64,000 nt of DNA, from the NCBI GenBank assembly GCA_965644295.1, contig CBFFRP010000165.1:1-64000 (forward strand), written 5' to 3'. The notes beneath the pieces are model-generated. The model ran no database searches. It worked only from the letters and a program-made list of their open reading frames with translations, and was not told the origin of the DNA. Positions 1 to 12,728 of the stretch are shown piece after piece. How positions within the stretch are numbered: position 1 is the stretch's first letter; every line of letters begins with the position of its first letter. The stretch is from Paraphysomonas bandaiensis (lineage: Eukaryota > Protista > Chrysophyceae). Both the position numbers and the translations under genes were made by a program.

Positions 1-449
1 TTCCCACCGACACAGTACGGTCGTTAATAATGCTACGGCAACACTTTGATCTAACGGGCTACATATACGGTGTGTTAATTGGGAGAAACAGAACGATTAG
101 ATGTAGCATTAGAAAAAGAATTTCTTTATGGTGTGATTCTTTCACATATTCTGTGCACAGAACTTGAAAAATCACTCTATTTTCAGGATTTTTAGATAAT
201 TTTCATGGGAATTTATGGGGTTTTATGGGTTTCTCTGTACTTTAGTTGTGTACTGTGCAGTATACATACATATATATATACATAGTTTGATGGCTGATAA
301 TGAAAGCATCTACTTGTCTATTCCAGTGCATTATAAGGCTCATTCTGACACTACTTGGGAGAGATAATCGCCTCATATCCAAGTGACAATTAACCCCTCA
401 ATACACAGTGTGCTACCATCTAATCTACCTTATTATTCATCATTAAAAC

Positions 450-2518
450 ATGAACCCTAATGCCAAACCATTTGTGTTTAGTCCAAATGCCGCTTCATGG
501 ACTCCCCCTTCTGCTTCTTCTGTTCCCCCACCTCCTCCAACCACAGAAGAACAAGCATCAATTCCGGATGTTTCTGGGATGTCAATTCAATCATCTGATG
601 AGGTGAAAAATAATGTAACTGAAGATCCTCCAGTTGATAGTACGGACGAACCGGACGATATTGATGAAAGTGATCCTCTTTGGATCGCTACTATTAAAAT
701 TACGAATGGAAACAAAGCAGAGGCCATGAAGCTTCTCGAGGATCCTGATGCTCTCATGCAGTATCCGGAGATTAAGCGTATTATGGAGGGTGATGCTGAG
801 GGTGATACTGAAGTGCAGGATTGGGAACAGCAAGCAACTCCTGAGGTAGAGGCTAGCACTGAGAAGACGACAACGAAGGAAGACACTAATGTCAAGAAAA
901 GCCCTGCCAAGGAGGCACAGAATGATGATGATGCGGACGCAGATGCTGATGGTAATGACGACCAGGAGGAAGTTGATAGTGACCCCAGAGATCATATGAA
1001 CCTCGTCTTCATTGGCCACGTCGATGCTGGAAAGTCCACTCTCTCGGGAAGTATTCTTTATCTGATGGGCAAGGTCGATGCCAGAACCATCGATAGATTC
1101 GAAAAGGAGGCCAAGCAGCGCAACAGAGAGTCGTGGTTTCTCGCATTTATTATGGTGCGTGTTCAAGTGGTGCAACTTGGTTGTACTGGTCTCACTTTTT
1201 CCGCAGGACACCTCTGAGGAGGAGAGGGCTAAAGGAAAGACCGTAGAGGTAACATCTATTTTGACTGTATTTGACTTGTACTGTTTAAAATCTGGTAATA
1301 GGTTGGTCGGGCGCTGTTCGAAACAGATAATCATCGCTACACGATCCTGGATGCTCCTGGCCACAAAAACTATGTACCCAACATGATTTCTGGTGCAGCA
1401 CAGGCTGATATAGGTAATTTGGCTTATTGTATGAGCATTCACATTATCGCATTGTCAATTTAGACTGCAGTTGTATTGATATATTCTTATTCTACTCTGT
1501 TATGACAGGGGTACTCGTGATATCCGCTCGTCGTGGTGAATTTGAGACTGGATTTGAAAAGGGTGGTCAGACCCGGGAGCATGCTCTGTTGGCGAAGACA
1601 CTAGGTGTGCGATTCTTAGTTGTAGTCATCAACAAGATGGACGATCCCACAGTGGGATGGGCGCAAGAGCGCTTCGAGGAGTGTGTGAGCAAATTGAAAC
1701 CTTTCCTCAAAAGCTGTGGGTATGCCATCAAGAAGGATGTACGGTTTCTTCCCATCTCTGGGTTGACGGGCGATAATATTCTAAATGAAGTTTCGGCTGA
1801 GAACTGCCCGTGGTGGCGTGAGTGCTATAGTCAAGGCACGAATAATACCTCTACCCCTACCCTCATCAGTACACTGGATGCCTTCAACATATCTGACAGG
1901 GACCCTGATGGAAAACTACGCATTCCAGTACTAGATCGATACATGGAGCGCGGTTGTGTAGTAATGGGGAAAGTGGAGTCTGGTACAGTACGTGTGGGCG
2001 ATGAGGTTGCGGTGCTACCCACGAGGAAGAAGGCAGTTGTTGAAGCCATTTATGCCAATGATATCAAGCTCAGGTTCGCCCGCCCAGGTGAAAACGTTTT
2101 GGTGAAGTTTTCACTCAATATCGAGAATGTGCAGAAGGGTTATGTACTCAGTTCAGTTGGACGAGGGCTTGGTTGCCCCGCGGTCAAGGAGTTTGTCGTA
2201 CAACTCGCCCTGGTAGATATGGTTGACCATCGGCCAATATTCAGCACTGGGTACGACTGTGTTATGCACATCCACACTGCAGAGGTGGAAGTAACATGTG
2301 TTGCACTTCTCTCAGTGACGGACAAGAAAGGTCAGGAGAGCAAAAAACGGTTCGCTTTACAGGGACAGCAGTGTGTGGCTAAACTTTCCACCCCTCTCAC
2401 CACATGTATGGAGCTCTACAGCGTAATGCCTGCCCTAGGTCGACTCACACTCAGAGACGAGGGAAAGACTATCGCCATCGGGAAAGTAATCAAGTTGCTG
2501 CGACACAAGTCCGCATAA
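450..2518 (+). CDS. SUP35: Eukaryotic peptide chain release factor 3 (eRF3/Sup35/GSPT); 4 exons approx. 450-1154, 1207-1248, 1302-1413, 1509-2518
   Basis: N-terminal PAM2-like [10 protein letters not shown]; G1 GHVDAGKST; spliced '[49 protein letters not shown]'; NKMD; C-terminal [18 protein letters not shown]; GT-AG introns 1155-1206, 1249-1301, 1414-1508. Confidence 0.95.
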
Positions 2519-2928
2519 ACTGACCCACGTGTATCAAGACGGATATGCCAAGTCAGGCATCACAGCATGCGAGCAGTCAGTGATTGGTTCGGTAGATACC
2601 TCGTAGCGTGTAAGTAGTTGCAGACATGCAATGTTAGAATCCGTTTTATCATTTCCTCGGTTCATTTTGAATCATTGTGCATTCGTTCCCAGTGCACGAA
2701 GTTTCTCATATTTATCGCAATATCATAGTGTTTGGGGCAATGTTTGCATTATTCAATTAATTACTGAATTATCCAGTCTGATTTACCTATGTGAATGGTG
2801 TCCTGTGTTTTCTATAGCAACGTACAAAAGCATATAAATGGTACTCTTCGGAATATAGACTAAAGTACCTACCGTGGGAGAACGTCATGCAGCATCTTTC
2901 TCCATTCCAAATACTATAATACCAGAAA

Positions 2929-3143
2929 GAGATATATTATTCAACCTAGTCAAAAAGAAGTGTGAGGCATATAGCATTTAAATTTATGGCTACAGTGTGC
3001 TCCCCTGTTTGACTAGGTGAATACCCACTTCCACCTAGTCATTGTAATGTTAAAAATCCAATTATTTAATATCTAGGTTCTTACAACAATTTTGGTGTGA
3101 CTAGCAATTTCAACCAATTTGACTAGGTTGAAAAATAGATCCC
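2929..3143. mobile_element. 215-bp non-autonomous TIR element (MITE, Mutator-like)
   Basis: Imperfect 26-bp TIRs GAGATATATTATTCAACCTAGTCAAA / TTTGACTAGGTTGAAAAATAGATCCC; exact 10-bp flanking duplication ATACCAGAAA (2919-2928, 3144-3153); internal CTAGTCA repeats. Confidence 0.75.
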
Positions 3144-3923
3144 ATACCAGAAAATATATTGTTGACTGGCCCTAATAATACATAATACCTACAACACGTT
3201 CAGCAGTAGCAGCTAATTAGTTATATATTATTTATATCTTTATGTTTTAAAATTATTGTTTTTAACATTGTAGTGAATACCTGGCTATTAGCAATAATAG
3301 GTGTGTAAGAGTCAGAACTAATAATATAACAAAACAATTTACCTAGCTAATGCCTAACTCTGATATTCTACTATTTTGCGCTACGAAAGCTTCTTGTGCG
3401 TCACCGCAAGCACTTTCGCTCTGTGTCCTTAAGGTGAACTAACCCGGATGCTTGACTTCAGTAGGCAGCCCAATACCACGGATACCTGTGTATTCGTCAA
3501 GGCCCAAAGACGTCTACACAAGTGACACTTTTATTAGTGTTCTTTGTATCACACAAGCGTTCGGCTCACGAGTGGGCAGTACAATATCTGCTGACTATAT
3601 ATATGAGGCTCACGCTAGTTTCCCGGAGAAATATCTCTGGTACTTATCCCCCAGAAACACCAGAACACTTTTGTTGAGGGTTGTTTCTAACAAATGCTTA
3701 GTTACGCTAGCCCAATCATTTCGACTAGTATGTGCATATGTGCATATATAGGCAGATAGGCAGTTACTTCGTCCTATCAATATATCCATGTGAAGATTCG
3801 AAGCTTCTGATACCGTAAGATGTATATAATAAATAATGACGAATTCACTGTCTCAATAATGCCTTTAGTCTTTAGACCTGTTACGGTTGCTGCCACAGTA
3901 GTGGTGGCTTCCACAATAGCAGT

Positions 3924-4139
3924 CAGGCTAAACCTATATATTACCCTAAACTAACTATTTATTAGGACAAGAACGGGCAAAGTGTCCTTGTTGTTTACAA
4001 CGACTGCATATATCACTGGATGAGTCAGTAGGCTGCCAGTGCTGCGTCAGTCTTACGTAACAATTAATTGGTTTACAATTTACTGCAAATAATTGCAATT
4101 GTTGGATATCTGTCACCAATTAATTGTTACGCAAGCCTG
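3924..4139. mobile_element. 216-bp hAT-like non-autonomous element carrying a 114-bp copy of the TOP3A 3' end
   Basis: Exact 8-bp TSD ATAGCAGT (3916-3923, 4140-4147); termini CAGGCT...AGCCTG; 25-bp inverted repeat 4048-4072 / 4115-4139; 3932-4045 matches 4499-4612 with 2 mismatches. Confidence 0.8.
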
Positions 4140-4521
4140 ATAGCAGTATGTAATATGTACTAACCTCTTGTTGAGAACATTTTATACATTATATGTTGAA
4201 GTATATGAAATATGGACTGGACTACTGTCAGTTTGAATCTCTATTACTCAATAACTAGTATTCGTTCCACGAGAAGTGCATAACCATCATTCAACTGCGA
4301 CATATAACACTCGTTATCGAAACTAGTATGTTACAAAACGCATAATAAGTTATCGTTTTTAACACACTACATCTGGTAAATAATGAAACATTGGAGTTGC
4401 ACACAAATATAGATATAACGTATATACAAACAAAGAATGTTACAGTGAACAAATCCGTGACTTCGTGCGACAAGTACAGCAACCATTACATACATTATAC
4501 CTATATATTACCCTAAACTAA

Positions 4522-7500
4522 CTATTTATTAGGACAAGAACGGGCAAAGTGTCCTTGTTGTTTACAACGACTGCATATAACACTGGATGAGTCAGTAGGT
4601 TGCCAGTGCTGCATCTTGCCACCTCGACCTCCTCTGCCCGCCCCGGATGATGACGATCTGGGAGCACTAATGCTCTGTCCGCCATCTATCCATTCAAAAA
4701 AGCCACACTGCTCATTTCTGGACAGTCATATATCAAGAACAGCATGAATTGTGTCATACAGAGTAGGGCGACACCGCGTATTACCTGGGCTTGGTGCAAG
4801 TGTAAAAGTACTTCCCGAAGTTGTTCCCTTCTTTCATCACGCGTCTCTCCACGGCGGGAATGCCACATTTACAGCTCGGTCCCGCCCCAAATGGAGGTGG
4901 ATGGTTTTGGCCTCGAGATGCGTCACCTCTACCGCCGCCACGTCCTCCTCTGGCTCCGCGAGAAGGCCTCTGATCGACCCCAGCAGCGGCTGCTGCATAA
5001 TTACTTCCTATCTCTTCCCGGGAACCTACACCAACTTCATTGGATTCTGGGAATCTTCTATCGCCACCACCGGTATTCGCATAGACTCTCCCATTGCCTG
5101 TGCTCGGTTGGCTTCGGTAGCCTCCAGATCGTCCAGTGTGTTGTTGTTGAGCCCCTCGAGGGCATCTCATGGGATCCTGATGTAAATGCGGCCAGAGATC
5201 TGAGCAGCACGGACAAGCAATGGATTCGGGTTCGCAACTCCCTGGAGGTACCATAGAGATATTAACAGTGATTCGAAGACGCCGCACAGGGCCTTTATCT
5301 CCAGACACAGCAGAGCAGCGCGGACACGTGTCGTCCGGCGACACCGTGGCTGCATACCATATCGCTTATGTCCTTCGTCGAAAGCTATTCATATATCATT
5401 ACCTTTGCGCACCGCCTTTGGAAGCCACCACGTAGCCTTGCATGTAGGGTACTTCGAACAGCCACAGCAGATGGAGTTGTTTTTTTCATTCCTTCTCAGC
5501 TTCAGTTCCCCGTTGCAGTGTTGCTCATAACACGGCCCGACAACAACGTCACCATCCTTCTTCCCTGCCAACTCGCAGTCAGGATGTGCACACATAAAAC
5601 AGCGGAATTCAGAGGAGCTCTCAGTCGAATATGGTGGGCCCGGCGGATCACTGAAACGCAGCACATCAGATACACCATAACAGCATTATAGGTCGTACCT
5701 AAAGCACTTCGGGCACAACGTGTGGTCCCTACCACTTTCACGGTTCCGCACTGAGAGGACCTGAAACAATCAGGGTATTAGTCATAACTTCCTGCACCAT
5801 CATTGAAGTAAACCTGGAAATTACATATAGGACAAAACCGTGGACCTCTCGACAAGTCCCCCCTATTGGCTACTGAGAAGTATAGATAGGATAGAATTGC
5901 ACACATATACGCACTTTCTAGGCATAGTGTAGGACTGCTGACATGTTGCGCAAAATAAAAACCTCGTCGCATTGCCCCCACCTCCACTATTGTTACTCAT
6001 ATTTCCTCCACGTTGTTCCCTGAGGTCCATTTCCTGGTGGCACACTCCACAAGTTGACAGACCATGCTGAAGGATACTGTACATTGCCGGGGGACCCTAC
6101 TAGCTATTACAGCATGGCGACTATGTTGACAAGTATGTCTAGTACCTGTCCCAATCCCCTGAAGTACTTCGCCATCGCTGAGTCTAGTTTATGAGCTTCA
6201 CGGGAGCATGTCATGAAACATGTCTAACCAAATGACACTCAACAAGGGACAATATACTGTAGTAGACTTACCTTCATCTGGTCAAGACAATTCTTGATCA
6301 TGTCATCTTTGTTGAGTTGGCCTCTGATGTACATATACTAAGATGGTCTATCATTATGTGAAACTCAAAGAGCCTACCGAGTAATCATTTGACAATCGTG
6401 CTCCATAGATGCCCGTAGAAAAGGTTTATTGAGCTGATATCCCATGTCATTATATCCCTCCACCAGACCAATACCTGCACTACATCAATAGAATGAAATA
6501 TTCACATGACCACAATACCTCGCTCCGTTGGAGCAAATCGCTGTTGATGATCTTTGAATGCATAATTTCTGTCCTAAACAACAGTTGGATTACAACACAT
6601 ATCTACAGATACATGCATACGCCCACCTGAATAGTGGTAATGTGTTGCGCAATGGTAGCATCTGTTCCGATGCCGTGCCTGTCCATCTGAATACATGTCA
6701 CACTTTGTCGCCGTCGCTTACAGTGCCATACCTCAGCAATCAAATCGCTTTCGCTCAACAGCTGTGGCGGGGTAGTATGTCCTTCAGTCAGTTCTAACCT
6801 AGTTGGTGTGAATGTGTCTCCAATCTGAAGAGGTGCCACCTAGTGTGTCACCCGTTTCTATTAGAACACCGCTATTGAGGATTATGCCATGTCCTTGCCT
6901 TGTTCCCAACCCACTTCTCCCAGGGTTGGTAAACATCTAGCCAGTTTCGCTCCAGTACCATAAGCCCTGTAGCCTGAAAGCCTTCTCCTTCTTCAAATGG
7001 AAGTCGGGCGCGTATCGTTGTTTGACTGCCACGGGCATCCTAATGTCATTTTTATAATACACAGGTCATAATAATATATATGCAAACCTGAGAACAGCAC
7101 GCAATAAAGTGCCTTGTTATTAGCTCATACAATTTCCGTTCAGTATCGTCGCCAAGCATATCAGGCGCAATGCTGCGCCCCAATGCGTACATTAGAAATA
7201 TAATCAGGTGTCACATTGTCATACCACTTAGTAGGATGTATTGGTGGATGTGCCTGGTCATCATGTCCGCCATTTCTGCCAAACGTGTTACAACTCACAA
7301 TGGCACAATATCGGATATATCTAGCACCTACCCTGGCCACTGAAAACGGTTGTTATCCAACAACGTGGAGACATAACCGCCCCATAAAGGGTGTTGTCGT
7401 TGGTCTTCTATCAACGGCTGCAGCTCAAACCCTATCACCAGCATAAACTAAAGTTAACATAAAACACACCCACACAACAAACTGAGAACCTTGTGGGAAG

Positions 7501-9120
7501 ACGTCGGTTTCTGTTCTCGGGTACGATAAAATTCCACGCTGGTAAAGTGCTTCTGCTACCTAGTCAGAAATGACAGCGATACGTAAATCCGCGACCGTGG
7601 TAACATTTTCAGAACCTTCATAGTGTCATCCGAACTCATGTTCAGGAATCGAGACGCGCGCTTCTGGAGTTCTATGGTGTTGAGGGGGACAGGCCGGCGC
7701 TTAGTAGTAGGCCTGCTCACAAATATATATCAAATTCAAGCTAAAGAATTTCATGTGAAACTAAAGTATACGGCAACTTGATCATTTCGCCACCTGGATT
7801 TGTTATCTATTACCCTAGCGACCCTCCCCTCAACACAGAGCTCGTACAGAACTATACACGCTAGTTTGTCATACAACCGCCCCCTGTCCCAACTTCACTC
7901 AAGTTAGCTCATACAAACAAATTGCAGTGTCGAGAAGAGCCAATACCTAAATCGAGTAACTAGAACACCAGACCGCTCGTCGGGGTCGTTGGTCTCCAAC
8001 TCACATGATATAGACCAAAAGTCCTCTGTGATTTCGTACACTTCAAAAAAGGCAAGCAGTTGTAGGCGAGTGTTACCTGGCTTAAACCTTTGTATCTTAA
8101 GGTATCTCTCCACAACAAACCCCAAAGTGGGAAACTGGCATGGCCCATAGCTGAGTACTAGACACATCGGCGTCTTGTTATACTAGCAAAACAGCTGCAA
8201 AATACTCACATGATCCATTTAAATCTTCAAACTTGGCCTGCAAGCGCAAAGTCTGAAATCGAGTAAAGACAGCACCAAGCCGCAGGTCGATCTCTCGTCT
8301 GGCTTCAACTTCATGGGAAATGAATGAGGTACTTCACTATGGTAACATAATCGTACAACAAGGCTATATATAATTCTATGGACTCGCGTATTATACATAT
8401 ACTCAAATCTGCAAAACGTACCGGCAGCGCTCATGTTTGCGTTGGGGCGGTCGGGATGTTCCATGGTTCTCATTATATCTCTAACGTTATTCATCACACG
8501 ACCATATATACAGATTTCACCCATACCGTGGGATGAGGGCGGAGAACTTAGCTCGCAACACATTTATACGAGGGTTTACAGCAGTACACACTTCCATAAC
8601 CTACAGTTCTAGTTAATGTAGAAGCAACCTACAAAAATCTTGACCTGATAAGCAATATTTTCTCCTTCGGTATCGCAATCAAGCCATAGCATAAGGGTAT
8701 CGCACCACCTAGCCTCCTTAAAAACCAAAACCAATTATATTATATCATACATATATACAACTAACCTCCTGTAGAGTCCTTTTAATTGGTTGCATATCCG
8801 CTTTGATTTCTCTCTTAATAGGAGCAGTAAAGAGATCCTCTGGACGACATGAGTGCCAGGCCTTAAAGCTCTCGTCAAACTCTAGTTCTATTAAGTGTCC
8901 TCTGACTGATGTAATGCGCATAGAAGCATCTCTTCCACTCACACGACATGTATCTACTTCAAATACAGGACTTGTAGGAGAGTATCCATTCCTCTGAACT
9001 CATTCAATGAAAGTGTTTACTGTAATATAAAGAACTCACTCGACGGGCTCTTCCAGCGCCTATTATATGAGCTAATTCACGTGCAACGGATGGTTTCTCA
9101 GCTACTGAAAGTACTCGCAT
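4522..9120 (-). CDS. TOP3A: DNA topoisomerase III alpha (multi-exon) with C4 zinc ribbons, a GRF zinc finger and a terminal CCHC knuckle
   Basis: Start [17 protein letters not shown]; TSVRGHL; [13 protein letters not shown]; [14 protein letters not shown]; [10 protein letters not shown] (catalytic Tyr); [11 protein letters not shown]; [16 protein letters not shown]; CKCG...[11 protein letters not shown]; C-terminal [17 protein letters not shown]. Confidence 0.93.
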
Positions 9121-9874
9121 TGATTTGAATATACAGTTATATGCATGGGATGATGAGTGTCTTAATAATAGTGAGAAGGTTCAGTTCACATACATATACA
9201 CAGAAATATATTCAAATTTTAAGAAAGTTTGTAAAATACAACATTTTATGGTATAAATATTAGGGATTTTTTGGAGTTTGGGATATCTGATTTGTGGTGT
9301 ATTGGGAGGTTTGTATGGAGAGTAGAGGTGCAAAAACCGCAGAGATTATAAAATAGGGGGTTTTATAGTGTTAAGTTCGTAATGTACACTACATTTCGTT
9401 GGTTGTGGACATAATGGTTTAAGGTGAGGGAAGAGGGTATCTCGGATCTGATATGTGTTACTTATGATCATGCATCGTGTAGCTCTACTGAATGTCATGT
9501 TGCTACATGTTGTATGAGCTTGTGAACTGCAAGCAGTAATATCAGAAATTTTATCGAAATTTCTGTATGAAAATCACCACTCCAAAATCCAAAAAAAATG
9601 ATCCACTTGTACATCCGTACATCTTGAAGAACCTCAGCGTATCTTGAATGGACACTATTTTCAGTTTATATGTCAATGATTACATACGGTGGTTACATTT
9701 TATTTAGCTGTTAAGTATGTACATGTATGTATGCATATATATATCAGCACTGGCATATACTCATAGAGTGAGAGAGGCATCCAATACTTGATACTATTAG
9801 CAAGTTACAAGCAGTTAATCTATTTCTTGCATTCACTCTAGTGGTCATACCGTTAGTAGTAATATATAAATAGT

Positions 9875-10817
9875 ATGTCGCGAGCTAATCCGAAAGGCGG
9901 GAGAGGTGCAGTAGAAGATGGGTGCGATTAAGTGTATTATATGTCGTATACTTGCTAACTATATGCTACTATATACAGGTCTGCAGCAAATTTGGATGTG
10001 GTTGAACAATTTGATACATATGAAGACTATCTTGATTCTCAGCTTACTGAGACTGATATGAATTATCTCGAAGATGAAGAGATGGCTCGGCAGTTAGTGG
10101 AGCTCGGATATAGAGGACTCGGTGATACAATTCGTAGGGAAGATTTTGAGGCTCGTAAACGCTTACTTCATGAGAAGACAAACCAGAAGCATGCCCAACC
10201 GAAGCAACTGGCCAGCGCGGATAAGGACTTGTCTAAGTTTCCATTTTTAGAGGTGCCTAACACGCTAATCATTGATTAATATATTCCTGACCACACTTTT
10301 AACACGCAGGCATTGGCCAATCGAGAAGAATTAGTGCGAACTGGAAAAATGACAACAATTATATTTATTCGTGACAAGAACAATAATGACCAGGAGATAT
10401 CTGGATATATTGATTTTGCTCAGCGTCTACGTACAGAAGATTTCAGGCCTTATTTTGATAGAAGGTTCTAACAGGCAATTGCCTAAAATATATATAATAT
10501 TTTCTTGCAGAAAGCGTCTTTTACCGAAGCCGACAGATTTGAGCTATTACAATTGGGAGACGCAGTTGTCAACGTCGAACTCTTCCCCGTATTATCAAGT
10601 AATTGGTCATATACGTATACGATAAAATTATCATGTTTTGTTGTAGGTCATTGCAGACAGTGTTCAGGGAATATTATTCAAAAATAAACGCGATCGCAAG
10701 CTTATCAATGTCAACCCGGAAGCTGCACCAGGAGATAACACAACCCGCACTGAACTGGAAACACCAGAATATATTCAGGTTGTTCTATATGATCACACTA
10801 CTCGAAGAAGGCTTTAA
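9875..10817 (+). CDS. CFAP299: Cilia/flagella-associated protein 299 (C4orf22/DUF4464 family), multi-exon
   Basis: [32 protein letters not shown]; ALANREE; [16 protein letters not shown]; [13 protein letters not shown]; [28 protein letters not shown]. Confidence 0.88.
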
Positions 10818-11283
10818 AACCACGATTGTTGTAATTATGCTGTTAAAAATAGTACGAAATGTTGAGTTATACATCTAGTAGTAAGTGCTTCGGAGTGAGT
10901 CTGTCTAATTAGTTCTTTGTGCGTCGAGTTACTTAGTGAAATTCTACCGCTCGCGGTTTAGGGAGTTATTCTCGAGAGCTGAATAAGAATATATAGTTTT
11001 TTGTGTCGTAAAAACTATTATTGTCACAGTGAGTATATATAGTTAAGATTTTATGCTTCAAATGAATAAAAGATAGCATAGTAGTAGAAGCTAAGGGAGA
11101 ATTCACACTGCCATATCTAAAATAGATTCACACTGAGGAAGCTGGTAAATCGGTGGTTTTGGGGGCAAGAAATGTCACCATAACATATTGTACATTGTAC
11201 ACAGCTGTAGAAGAACGAAAAAGATGAAAATGACCACGACCACAGACTGAAGAGTCATCTATCTCCACAGCCCAGTGAAGTGC

Positions 11284-12114
11284 TTATCCCTTGATATTTG
11301 ATATAACCCTGTCGCAGTTCACTTCCTGTGAAAGCAACAACTGAGTAACAAACTGAAGCAGATAATTAGTATACTTGTCGGTTAACATCATGCACAATAT
11401 CCTGAACATGGGCAGCAACAGAGAATGGCCACGAAAGAATTTTTCACATTTTCTCTTAGTCCACACTTGCATACGTAATACGTGCAGATAAGATTTGGGC
11501 AATAGTTTAATGTTTAGTACACCTGTCGGTAAAGAGGGTCCGTCCAATAAAGAGTGCTGATGTTCAGGAAGGCCTAAAGATGCACCTATCAATACCAATA
11601 CCGAAAACTGAATGTATGGGAAATATGACCCGATGCCTCCACAATACAAGCTGGCTCTGCACATGATACAAAATATTAGTGCACATGGTACCATATGAAA
11701 TATTAGTGCAGCTTAAAAGCATATACTCATGGTCTAAAATTCGTAGCTTCGACACATTGACGAACACACTCTGACATTCCCTAAAAGCTTCACATAGTTT
11801 AGAAAGTTGCCTTTTTTGCTACATCTAAAGAAGAATTCCTGAGTTTTCGAAGCACAAATTCGAGAGCCGCCTTCAAGGAATCATTATATATCAGAGTTGA
11901 AGAAAAATGGAGCGTCTCAAAATTAACGCGGATGCCGGATTCTTCCGCGTCTATCCCTCATGTTATTCACTCCACCGACCCACTCTTCGAGCAACCCAAT
12001 CACGGCTTCTAGATCCAACACAATCTAATTAACACGTTCCGGTACAGCACTGTCATCCTTCACGATATCTTGCAATAGTTCATCTCGAAGTCCTTCAGTA
12101 TTTGAACTGTCCAT
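11284..12114 (-). CDS. Hypothetical multi-exon protein; structure and 3' end uncertain
   Basis: ATG at 12114 (MDSSNTEGLRDELLQDIVKDDSAVPE), coding-like segments separated by short AT-rich intron-like gaps; no recognisable domain. Confidence 0.35.
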
Positions 12115-12728
12115 GCGATTTTATATTCCTTTAACTGGCGGGTTTAACTTCAGTGTACATTAGTCGAATTTGTAGAGTCACTATGTAAAAGGATTTAATG
12201 GCGTTGATATATATATATATTATTAGGCGTGCAAGATCAAGATAAACAGCAGTGTAGAGCATCATGTAATATGATAATATGTACTATGGATATCAACATG
12301 ATATGATTGGAGCAACTGCAGTGGTCTATAGCATAGAACACATTTAACACAACAAAAAAATATGTCCCATTATATTGTTACCTGGAATACAGTGTTGACT
12401 ACCCCTGGTATACCGCTGGCTAATTTTTGCCTTAAATTTTCATGCAGTATTTTTCGTATGAGGTCTCTGTACGGTCCATGTCTATATGTACAGCAGGATG
12501 TATATGTACGTACATATAGCAGTACGCATAGCATGTAGAGGGTGTCTATATACGTACAGCAGGTTGTCCATATACTCTGCATGTACATACACATACATAT
12601 ACACATACATACACATACATACACATACATACGAGTGGAGTTGAGATCATATTTAAACTCCCTACATATCCACCTCCCCTCCCATACACATACCTACCCC
12701 CCATCTCATTCATCATCTACACGATACA

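Noticed and set aside
587-1442. Antisense ORFs over eRF3 (and similar shadow ORFs over other genes)
   Set aside because: They overlap well-supported genes on the opposite strand and have no motifs
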